This document shows positions 9,004 to 17,372 of a DNA stretch of 64,000 nucleotides, piece by piece. The stretch spans positions 448,001 to 512,000 of the forward strand of contig JBEPYN010000002.1 of the NCBI GenBank assembly GCA_041641305.1. The letters are read 5' to 3'. The notes beneath the pieces were generated by a model. The model was not told the origin of the DNA and searched no databases. It saw only the letters and a program-made list of their open reading frames with translations. How positions within the stretch are numbered: the first letter of the stretch is position 1; each line of letters begins with the position of its first letter. A program made the position numbers and the translations under genes. Source of the stretch: Nitrososphaerota archaeon (GTDB taxonomy: Archaea > Thermoproteota > Nitrososphaeria_A > Caldarchaeales > Caldarchaeaceae).

Positions 9004-9285
9004 ATGGAGTTCCTAGTTTCGCTATTTACTGACAAAGAGCTCTTGAAAAAACTGCTGACCCCAAAGATTGTCATTAATGATTATGGTTACACGATTGTTC
9101 CGGCTAGGCTTGAATGCAGCCACTGTGAGCAGAAACTGCCTGTGAGGGAACCGGGAGGCTTTGCCCTCTTTGACACGGAGGGGACTCTATGGGAACTACT
9201 ATGTGAAGAGTGTAAGCAACGATTCCATTCAGGAACACCGGTTTACGAAACTTTGGACCAAGCTATTCCAAAGCAGAGGTGGTGA
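9004..9285 (+). CDS. Zn-finger protein (paralog of previous ORF)
   Basis: GAGGTGA RBS; CSHC...CEEC...PVYETLD. Confidence 0.75.
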   Translation: MEFLVSLFTDKELLKKLLTPKIVINDYGYTIVPARLECSHCEQKLPVREPGGFALFDTEGTLWELLCEECKQRFHSGTPVYETLDQAIPKQRW

Positions 9286-9287
9286 AG

Positions 9288-11088
9288 ATGGTCAGGGTAG
9301 TGGAGCTTCGGGAGGAGACTGAGCTTCTAGAAAAACTCAAGAATCGCTTTCCACACACTAGTCTACGTAGATATCAGGCCGACATCGCTAATAGGGTCTA
9401 CGAGAGCCTTTCCAACGGCTCTAGCATTCTTCTGGAGGGCCCTACGGGGCTGGGGAAGAGGCTATGAGGAGACTGTTTATGGGGGGTGGTTGGCTGGCTG
9501 GCGTCTCCGAGCCTCCTATACAGCCCCTGTATGGGCCGCGGTGAGCGCCTACGCGGAGGAGAAAGGTCTGAGGGTTCTATGGCTCACCCGGACGGCGTCC
9601 CAAGTAGCTCACATCGCCAGCGAGATAGGATGCATGCCCATCTACGGCCGCCGGCTTCTCTGTATCCATGAGACGGTTAGCAAGGTTGAGCAGAGACGGT
9701 TCAACGCGGCTTGTAGAGTTGTACGACTATCCGGACGTTGCTCATACTATCCCGGAAGGCCTAGCCAAATAAAGGCGAAGACTGTTGGAGAGATTAAAGA
9801 TGCCGGTAGGAAGTCGGTCACATGTCCCTACGAGCTTCAGCTGACATCGATGCCATACTCGACGTCGCTGGTCGCCACCCATAAACAGTTGTCTGTAGTT
9901 TCCTGGCTTTTGGCAAAATGGCGTTGGACCCGCGAGCGAACCATCTTGGTGCTCGACGAGTTCCAGAACATCTTGAAGACTGTTCTCGACCTCTCAAAAG
10001 ACGCCATAAGCCTGGCAACGCTCCACAAGGCCGCCGCAGAGGCAGCAAGGTATGGCTTCAGGGATATTTCCAGCAGTCTTTCAGAAGCTTATCAAAGATA
10101 CAAGGCGGTTGACGTTGACGAGGCTGAGGTAGAAAACCTACTGCCCAGCTTCGAAGAGCTCTTCGAGGCGGGGCAGGAGATACAGGCTAGGAAACTTGAG
10201 GAGAATGTTGTACCCGCCAGCTATGTGTTGAGCGTCGCAGACTTTAAGGCTGCTCTCGGCCAGCAGAAGCCCCTCCTAGTCAGGGAGGGTGAACGGGTTT
10301 GGCTGGAGGCGCTAGCAGACCCACGCGAGGAGCTTGAAAAGATTCTCGAAGGCTGGAGAACGGTCATAGCTATGACGGCCACGATGGATGCGGAACTCGT
10401 TGAACGCATGGCTTCAACCCAAGTGACGCTGTTGCGAGCAGGGTGGCCCTTCGACGATAATCTGAAGGCATACATTGTCAGCGGCCTTACGACGAGATAC
10501 AGGGACAGGGATGTGGAGCTCTATGAAGATGTCCGATGGCTTATAGAACAATCTCATGGAATGAGGACTCTCGTCTTCCTACCCAGCTATGAATTTGCTT
10601 CAATGATTCAGAAGAGGCTTAGCGACGCTATCGCCGAGCAACGGGGGATGACGCAGGAACAGGTGGAAGCCACGGCCGCTGAATTCGCGGAGGGTGGAAA
10701 AACGCTTTTAGCCGTCTTCGGTGGAAGGCTGGCAGAGGGCATCAACCTCCAAGCCGACTTGGTTATGCTGGTGGGCATACCATTCGCGAAACCATCACCG
10801 CGAACAAAGAAGCTCGAGGACAAGCTTGAGAATGTCTTTGGGAGCAGTGACCTTTCCCGGCTACATGGACTAGTTTTACCGGCCCTCTTTGCCGCCGTGC
10901 AGGCCGCCGGTAGGGCTGTCAGAGGCCCCAATGATAGGGCTCTGGTCCTGCTCGTCGACGACAGATACCGCCGTTTGACAAAACACTTGCCCAGATGGTT
11001 CAGAGACTTGGTCTCAGATAAGCCGGTCAAGCTCACAGATGTTCCCATTCTATTGGATGAGTGGTTGTCATGGATGAAGAGCGTTTGA
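9288..11088 (+). CDS. XPD/Rad3/DinG-family Fe-S DNA helicase, spliced join(9288..9458,9520..11088), 579 aa
   Basis: Q motif RRYQ, Walker A GPTGLGKT restored by splicing, four Fe-S cysteines, LDEFQN, GRLAEGIN, QAAGRAVRG. Confidence 0.9.
9459..9519 (+). other. 61-nt canonical BHB pre-mRNA intron in the helicase Walker A motif
   Basis: Outer GGGGCTG 9446-52/CAGCCCC 9521-27; central GGGA/TCCT; bulges AGA 9457-59 and ATA 9518-20; inner GGCT/AGCC and GGAGAC/GTCTCC. The insert causes a stop and a frameshift. Confidence 0.92.
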
Positions 11089-12512
11089 GACACGTTCTTG
11101 AACGCATCCGCAGACAGAACATCAACTACGTGAAGCTCAGAGGACTTGTCAGCCGATTCATGACTCTCAACCCCGAGGCAGACCCAGAAGCAATAGATTG
11201 GACAGCCGTCTACGATGACTCCCTAAGCTACGACGAACTCGTCGAAGCATTTGAAAAAGAGTATCCCATGTACCGGTGGCGTGAGACAGCTCCCGCAGAT
11301 GACAAACAAATCGAGGACATGCTGGTGAACCATATCCTCAACCAGGTCGAGGACCTTACAGAAGAGTCTCTCAAGTCGCTCGTCAATGCCTTGGAGGAGC
11401 GGCTGGAGGCTCTACGGCAGGCCGAAACCCCGGCATCTCCGACGGAGCAACAACCCGAACATACACAGATGCAACATCCTCAGCACCAACCGCCGACTAT
11501 GACTGAAAACATACAACAGCCAGCGCCACAGCCGAAGGTAACCCTCAAGCTTCTCGCATCCTACCCCTTCCTAGCGGAGGCTAGGGAGGTGGTTAGGGGC
11601 GTGAGCTTCGAGGGTTTACCCAGGGCGGTATACAAAAGAGCCCGGGAGAGGCTAATGGAGGCTCTCGAACGGGGAGAGCTGGGGGTTGTTCCCCGGCTCG
11701 ATGAACCGTTCGTGGAGCTTCTCTCCTTTCCCGTGGCGAAGGCCGTTGTCCACACAATCGACGACGACTGGCTGAAAAGGCGATGGGCCCTCGCAGAGTC
11801 AGCGAGGGTCGAGAGGCTTCTACTGAAGGAGAATGCGGATGTCTCAGAATGGCTCCTCTCCCGGCTACTTGAGGTCAGGCGAGAGGGAGAGGAGTATGCG
11901 CTGAGGTTCACTGATTACCTAAAGCTTGCTGAAGGCCTTACCACCGATATCTCATGGAAGCTAGTAAACCAAAAACTGCATCGAGGCTGGGTCTTCATAA
12001 CAAAGACTCGTCTCATACGACTCATCAGACAAAAACTCTACCAACTTCTCTATAACAGCTTCCAGCAGACGCCCAAACTGACAAAAATACCTCAACAAAT
12101 CGCCGAAATGGTCGCCGACATAACCGAGGAGCTCCAAAAAATCAAAGCCCGGGCAGGACGGGTCACACCCGTCAAAGGCGCAATACCGCCCTGTATGAAG
12201 ACGATTAGCGATAGGCTGGCGGACGCCAGCCACACAGAGAACTTCGTATACGCCGCCTACTTGGTCAATACGGGATACAGCATCGAGGAAATCGTTGATG
12301 TCTTTAGGAAGAGAGCTGACTTCGACGAGAGGATAGCACGGTATCAGATAGAGCATATAGCGGGGCTGAGGGGGAGCCGTGTGAAATACCGGCCACCTTC
12401 ATGCTCCCGCATGCGGGAACTCGGACTATGCATCGAGAACGGAAGACTATGCCCACCGAATATCCACAACCCACTACAATACCGACCTAGACAACAGCGA
12501 CAACCCACCTAA
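11070..12512 (+). CDS. DNA primase large subunit (PriL)-like protein with ~150-aa N-terminal extension
   Basis: LASYPFL, W.LVNQ.L..GWV, and an Fe-S C-terminus PPCM...DFDERIARYQIEHIAG...YRPPSC...GLC...C...NPL. Confidence 0.85.
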   Translation: MDEERLRHVLERIRRQNINYVKLRGLVSRFMTLNPEADPEAIDWTAVYDDSLSYDELVEAFEKEYPMYRWRETAPADDKQIEDMLVNHILNQVEDLTEESLKSLVNALEERLEALRQAETPASPTEQQPEHTQMQHPQHQPPTMTENIQQPAPQPKVTLKLLASYPFLAEAREVVRGVSFEGLPRAVYKRARERLMEALERGELGVVPRLDEPFVELLSFPVAKAVVHTIDDDWLKRRWALAESARVERLLLKENADVSEWLLSRLLEVRREGEEYALRFTDYLKLAEGLTTDISWKLVNQKLHRGWVFITKTRLIRLIRQKLYQLLYNSFQQTPKLTKIPQQIAEMVADITEELQKIKARAGRVTPVKGAIPPCMKTISDRLADASHTENFVYAAYLVNTGYSIEEIVDVFRKRADFDERIARYQIEHIAGLRGSRVKYRPPSCSRMRELGLCIENGRLCPPNIHNPLQYRPRQQRQPT

Positions 12513-12667
12513 ACACCCCCTATTTTTTCTTTCCCCGATAGGAGGCCCTTTCCGCCGCTCTCCGGCGGGAGGGGTTCCTCCTGTCGGGGAGAGGTGGACT
12601 CAGGCCTCCCGGGAAAGCCATGACATTAAGTCATGGTACCGGACCCGGCCACCGGGGTAAAGGTGGC

Positions 12668-13066
12668 ATGGACTCGTCTCCCGAGAGGCTGTTTGATGAC
12701 TCGGGAGCGCCCGCGGTTCCAAGGCCCGCCGCGGGCGACAAGTGCCAGGGCCTGAGTTCGGGGGGTGGTTCGACTTATGAGCGTCTGCTGGAGCGCTACG
12801 GCGGCTTCTTCGAGGAGCTTGGCTATGGTTGTCTCGCCAGCTTTAAGCATCTGATTGAGCAAGTGGAGGTGACTATCGATACGGCGACATCTAATGATGT
12901 CAACCTGTTTGCTAAGCTCCATGTGCTAAAGTCTGCGAGGGCCTCGGTAGAAGTATTTACGGAGTATTATAGTCGATTCCTGCCACCTACTGTCGTCAAT
13001 AACCTGCGAGCTGACCTGACATTTCTGCTTGAGCGTGCTGAGGAGGTGGTGTTGACTTTTGGCTGA
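12668..13066 (+). CDS. Hypothetical protein
   Basis: AGGTGG RBS, ATG 12668; overlaps the MTase start. Confidence 0.65.
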   Translation: MDSSPERLFDDSGAPAVPRPAAGDKCQGLSSGGGSTYERLLERYGGFFEELGYGCLASFKHLIEQVEVTIDTATSNDVNLFAKLHVLKSARASVEVFTEYYSRFLPPTVVNNLRADLTFLLERAEEVVLTFG

Positions 13067-13970
13067 ATTCATAGACCCCACCATTCTGAAAGGGTGGTGG
13101 GGTTCCGAGGAATACCAGAGGCTGTTATCCTTCGAGCCGGAAAATGCAGGTGACTACTATCGGTTACCATTCGCCAAATACAACGAGCTCTTTCCGTTCA
13201 TCAAAGTCAAGATTGAGCACCCTGCAGTGATGAACCCATACTTGGCGATTTTCCTTTGGCGGCGTTACGTAAAACCAAATGATGTAATAATCGACCCTAT
13301 GGCTGGGATAGGGGGTACACCCGATATGTAGGGGCCCAGCTTTATCCCAGCCATAGCCTGCAGATTGACCAATGATAACCACTTAATCCTCAACGATATT
13401 GAGTCGACTTACGCCAGACTCTCTGAGGAGCTTCTTTCGGAGATGCTGGTCGTTACTAATCACAGCACCCTGCTGGACGTCTACAACGTAAACGCTGCCT
13501 CTCTTTATGAACTTCTTAGACCAAGAGGACTTGCTGGAGGCGTACGGAGGAGGGTTATTATTACCTCTCCTCCGTATGGCCTCCTCAGGCCCTGTGATAG
13601 CTTCAGCCCGAGGTTTGGCAGACTGACGGTAACTTCCGCCGGTAACCTTAGCGTGATAACCGGTAAACACTTTAGGGCGGCTTGGCTGGGCGTGCTGACT
13701 TCGATGTATCTCTGTCTCAACCAGTTCCATAGAAACCGTGACTTGGCTGTGATTGTCCTCAAAAACTTCAAGAATAACAATGTGGAAAAGGCTGTTGGAA
13801 AAAACCTCGTCAATTTAACGGTTGAACTCGCGGAGTTCGTTGGATTCAAACATCTCGAGACGCTGAAGTTCAAGATTTCAGGCAGCCACTTCGCCAGATA
13901 CCACGACATCAAGCAACATGTCCATGACCTCTGGCACGAATATGCGCTGGTCTTCCGCAAGGTGGTGTAG
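13059..13970 (+). CDS. Amino (N4-C/N6-A) DNA methyltransferase, spliced join(13059..13318,13340..13970), 296 aa
   Basis: HPA motif, SAM-binding IIDPMAGIGGT, catalytic IITSPPY. Both ORF halves are in one frame, separated by a TAG inside a BHB insert. Confidence 0.85.
13319..13339 (+). other. 21-nt canonical BHB pre-mRNA intron next to the SAM-binding motif
   Basis: 16-bp outer helix CTATGGCTGGGATAGG/TTTATCCCAGCCATAG; central GGGT/GCCC; bulges ACA 13317-19 and AGC 13338-40; inner CCC/GGG; in-frame TAG at 13329-31. Confidence 0.9.
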
Positions 13971-14819
13971 ATGAGGATTTTCGCTGATGTTCATAGGAAA
14001 AAGGATGACAGCGGCTACCGCATCACATATACAACTGACGGCGAAGTCTTTAAACACGTTGATTCTCCGATGGACATCCCCGCGCAGGCAGGAGACGAGG
14101 TATTCGTTGACACTATACCGATAATCCACACCGACGCATTCATAGAGCTACTGAGGAGAGGTGTAGAGGTCTATTATCTACGAAGACTCTCACTTATTGA
14201 AAAGACAAGACAGAGACTGGGGATACCGAAGTCAGCCAAAAATGACGTAAAAATTCTGATGAACATTGAGAAGAAATGGTTCAAGAGAGTTGACGAGGAC
14301 TTCTTGAGCATGCGTCAGATTATTTCGGCGTTTAGGAGATTGGATAGAGACAAACAGAGGTTGGAGAACCAGTCTAAGGACGTGCCGGAGATTACAAAGG
14401 AAAGCTTCAGGAGGCTCATAGACCATACAGAGGAGGAGAAGTTGGTAATAGCCAAACCAATAGTAGAAGAAGCAGAGAAGAGGCTTTCGTTATTTAGAGT
14501 AGTAGCGCAGGAGCTGGGTGTTGCAGACGATAATCATTCGATGGGAAGAGAGGCACTGGCCGAACTACTGACATACGTAGACTTCAGCAAATCCTTCAGA
14601 AAAGTCAGAGAGTATCTCGGACTCTTCAGAAACCCGAAGACCAAAAACATGAGATACAGCCACAGTTCTAGGAAGGCGTTGAACCGTCTAACAATGTCGC
14701 TGACGGGCAGAGAGCCAAAAGCAGAAGACGAGGAAACAATAGCTTTCAAGATATGGCTGACGTTCCGACGGGAAAACCAAAAGAGGCTGGCGGGCATACC
14801 GGCCCAACAACAGGGATAA
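13971..14819 (+). CDS. IS110-related RuvC + coiled-coil + Nop-like protein (TasR-like)
   Basis: IFADVH, VFVDT and KSAKNDV resemble the IS110 RuvC acidic motifs. F.KSFRKVREYLGL...RYSHSSRKAL resembles the IS110/Nop C-terminal domain but lacks the (Q/S)SG serine loop. Confidence 0.7.
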   Translation: MRIFADVHRKKDDSGYRITYTTDGEVFKHVDSPMDIPAQAGDEVFVDTIPIIHTDAFIELLRRGVEVYYLRRLSLIEKTRQRLGIPKSAKNDVKILMNIEKKWFKRVDEDFLSMRQIISAFRRLDRDKQRLENQSKDVPEITKESFRRLIDHTEEEKLVIAKPIVEEAEKRLSLFRVVAQELGVADDNHSMGREALAELLTYVDFSKSFRKVREYLGLFRNPKTKNMRYSHSSRKALNRLTMSLTGREPKAEDEETIAFKIWLTFRRENQKRLAGIPAQQQG

Positions 14820-14910
14820 AACCCATAGGCCGGTATGTCATGTTATAAAACGAACTGGCTCTCTTGCCAGTTATGTCCCAACCTTTAACGACCGGCCTCT
14901 TTTTGGGTTT
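14819..14910 (+). ncRNA. Candidate dual-guide RNA (tigRNA/bridge-like)
   Basis: Stem AGGCCGGT/ACCGGCCT, apical stem AACTGGC/GCCAGTT, and a symmetric internal loop with two copies of ATGTC-N9-AACG; outer AAACCCA/TGGGTTT. Confidence 0.65.
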
Positions 14911-14948
14911 CCTAGGTGTTGTTTGGTGGTTGCCTGCCAGCCAACCAT

Positions 14949-14990
14949 CCCCCTATTTTTCCCTTCTTTTTGTGATGTTTTTTGTTTATA
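14949..14990 (+). terminator. Archaeal oligo-T terminator-like tract at the element end
   Basis: CCCCCTATTTTT followed by further T runs; similar tracts at 2843-2855, 3165-3180, 7185-7191, 8223-8237 and 12514-12528. Confidence 0.55.
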
Positions 14991-15017
14991 TCATGGGTGT
15001 GGGGTGTTTTCGGGGGT

Positions 15018-15460
15018 ATGGTCTCTGAGCTTGGTTATGGTGGGTTTGTTGCGGAGGTGTTGAGTGGGCTTGGTGTGGGGTTGGGTGATGAGGTTGAGGT
15101 TGTGAGAAATGGGCTGCGGCTCCGCGGGTTTGTGATTGCGCGTTACGAGTATGGGGCGCCTGATGTTCTGGTTTTGAAGCTTTCGAACGGCTACAACATA
15201 GGTGTGCGCATCGATGCCTCTACACAGATACGTAAGCTCTCCTCAGCCGTCGCGCCATCTTTCAACCCACCTCCACCCGCCCAGCCTCGGGAAAACCTGC
15301 CCCGCGTCATGATTGCCAACACAGGCGGCACCATAGCCAGCAGAATAGACTACAGGACAGGAGGAGTTAAACCCACTCTCACTGCATCGGACCTCGTCAG
15401 CATAGTTCCCGAAATCGCGGAGAAAGCAAACGTCTCAACCGAGATTCTGATGCAGGTTGT
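15018..15460 (+). pseudogene. gatD: 5' fragment of Glu-tRNA(Gln) amidotransferase subunit D
   Basis: VLKLSNGYNIG and TGGTIASRIDYRTGGV are GatD motifs. Similarity stops at ~147 aa, where the next gene's promoter begins. Confidence 0.85.
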
Positions 15461-15490
15461 GAGTATGTTTATAACATCATCCAACACAGC

Positions 15491-16417
15491 GTGTCCATGG
15501 TTGTTTTCTTTGGAGCAGTCATTCCACGCTATGACGTGGATTTTAGAAAAGTTGTGGACACGGTTTTGATGTTTGAGGAGCTTGGTTTTTCCTCGCTCTG
15601 GGTAACTGACCACATGCAGCCCCGCCGCGCCTCACGCATCCTCGAGTCATGGACGCTTCTCTCAGCGCTTGCGCCTGTGACGGATGCGAGACTGGGAACG
15701 GTTGTCCTATGCTCATGCTACCGCCACCCCTCTCTTCTCGCGAAAATGGCCGCAACCCTCGACATCATCAGCAACGGACGCCTCGAGCTCGGCGTTGGAA
15801 CAGGGTCGGAGCCACAGGCCGAGGAGCTAGAGGCCCTTGGAATGGAGACATGGAAGCCCAAAGAAAGAATTCCACGTCTGCGAGAATATGTTGAGGTGCT
15901 GCGGCTGCTGCTTTCCGACGGCGACCCCGCCACCTACCAAGGCAGGTTCTACACGCTCAAAAAAGCGATGCGCAACACGCCCACGGTCCAGAAACCACAT
16001 CCACCCATATGGATAGGTGCGCGAAAAGGGAAAATGGTTAAGCTGGCGGCCGAGATAGGCGATGGCTGGAACTTCTACGGCGAAACACTGACAGAATACA
16101 GAGAGGCCGTCAAACATTTTGACGAAGAATGCGACAAGCTAGGCAGAAGACCGAGCAAAGCAATCTTCACAAACCTCCTAATCTACAAGGATGAAACGGA
16201 CAAGAGGGAGAAGATAAAGCACCTCGGCGCCTTCGAAACCGAGGAACAAGCCCTGCGCAAAACCTTTACACTCCTACACGGAACCCCTGACCAAGTCATC
16301 AAACAGGTTGAGGAGCTACAGAGTCTCGGCGTCGGACTCGTCATCCTACGAGACATGGACCCAGAAACATCAAGCATAAAAGACTTCGCCAAAGAAATCA
16401 TCCCATCCTTCAAATGA
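15491..16417 (+). CDS. LLM-class (luciferase-like, probably F420-dependent) oxidoreductase
   Basis: LWVTDH, RHPSLLAKMAATLD..SNGRLELGVG, PVQKPHPPIWIG-like motif. Confidence 0.9.
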   Translation: MSMVVFFGAVIPRYDVDFRKVVDTVLMFEELGFSSLWVTDHMQPRRASRILESWTLLSALAPVTDARLGTVVLCSCYRHPSLLAKMAATLDIISNGRLELGVGTGSEPQAEELEALGMETWKPKERIPRLREYVEVLRLLLSDGDPATYQGRFYTLKKAMRNTPTVQKPHPPIWIGARKGKMVKLAAEIGDGWNFYGETLTEYREAVKHFDEECDKLGRRPSKAIFTNLLIYKDETDKREKIKHLGAFETEEQALRKTFTLLHGTPDQVIKQVEELQSLGVGLVILRDMDPETSSIKDFAKEIIPSFK

Positions 16418-16461
16418 GCCAGCACAGAACAAGACCCGCCCACATCCAGACAAACGCTAAG

Positions 16462-16914
16462 TCACCCGACGTAGACCGCGCTTAACCCTTCACTCAAGGC
16501 GATATCACATAGTTTCCTGTCAGCGACTACTATTTGATCAGCGGATACATATTTCGCGGACGTTATCTGCAGCGCGTCAGCCTGGTAGATATGATGTTTC
16601 TCTATAAGCTTCCAAGCATCTCTCAATATGGAAAACCTTAGATGAATTATTGTTAGTGCGCCGAGCCTCGTCAACCGGTTCAGCTCGTTCAAAAATCTTC
16701 TCTTGGCCGCGACACGGTCCTCTTCACTTCTCCTGCCTATTGTATAGGCTTTATCAAGAACTCCCAACATCTCGCCTATATTCCATACGCTTGACGCGAG
16801 CTTCGCCCCGCCCGCGTAAGCGCTTCTATACAGCGACCTGACGAATTCGCTGCCGGGCTTATCCACGTATCTCTTGACGATTGCACTAGTGTCCAGATAA
16901 ACTATCTCTCTCAT
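16462..16914 (-). CDS. vapC: PIN-domain VapC toxin
   Basis: YLDTSAIVKRY, ADALQ, ADRKL. Confidence 0.9.
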   Translation of the reverse strand: MREIVYLDTSAIVKRYVDKPGSEFVRSLYRSAYAGGAKLASSVWNIGEMLGVLDKAYTIGRRSEEDRVAAKRRFLNELNRLTRLGALTIIHLRFSILRDAWKLIEKHHIYQADALQITSAKYVSADQIVVADRKLCDIALSEGLSAVYVG

Positions 16915-17158
16915 CCCTCATCTCTCTGACGAGACCACTTACTAATCCTGTGGCCGGCTTCACAGGCTCAAAATCAAGCTCTATCTCCCCCTGTTCAGCT
17001 AACTCCTCCAAAGCGGCCTGTAGATCTATCATCAGCTCCTCGCGCATCAGCTCTTCGAGCAAAACACTAACCTCCCTCTCCTGTTCTGCGGCATACTTCT
17101 TGAACCTACGCCAAATCTCACCGTCGACGTATACGCTGCTTTTCACCTTAGATGACAT
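16886..17158 (-). CDS. RHH antitoxin (VapB-like)
   Basis: KSSVYVDGEIWRRFKK RHH motif; overlaps the vapC start. Confidence 0.8.
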   Translation of the reverse strand: MSSKVKSSVYVDGEIWRRFKKYAAEQEREVSVLLEELMREELMIDLQAALEELAEQGEIELDFEPVKPATGLVSGLVREMRDERDSLSGH

Positions 17159-17372
17159 CTTTCGACTAATAGTATACCTTGTCGGCATATAAGCTGTTCG
17201 GTACATCGGTCTTTACCTACATAAAACAAAGACTCCCCATTTTGAGGTGAGTACATAGACCCAATAAATCACCAAGTCGTGGATGCAGTCAACACATGTG
17301 TTTTTTTATGTCCATGGATGGTTATCGTGGTTTTTTGTAATATTTATTAAACGGGCTCGTATTACAGAACCC

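Larger units (their letters stand above)
1..14970. mobile_element. Integrated conjugative/plasmid-like element, right part (left end outside window, right boundary approximate)
   Basis: Cluster of Ced/VirB-like membrane proteins, HerA/VirB4-like ATPase, helicase, PriL-like protein, DNA MTase, Zn-finger ORFans and iterated repeats. Housekeeping-type genes resume after ~15 kb. No integrase or att site seen. Confidence 0.8.

Noticed and set aside
11537-11620. Long hairpin within priL as an in-frame intron
   Set aside because: It encodes the conserved LASYPFL segment and lacks BHB geometry.
12698-12760. GC-rich hairpin in ORF 12668 as an intron
   Set aside because: The flanks cannot form the central helix, and there is no stop or frameshift.
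4481-13970. Treating the split genes as pseudogenes or sequencing frameshifts
   Set aside because: Each has exactly one lesion, a discrete insert with BHB/BHL geometry, and the exons are otherwise intact.
13971-14910. Ordinary autonomous IS110/IS1111 insertion sequence
   Set aside because: No left non-coding end, no sub-terminal inverted repeats and no serine loop were seen. It is kept as an IS110-related RNA-guided candidate instead.
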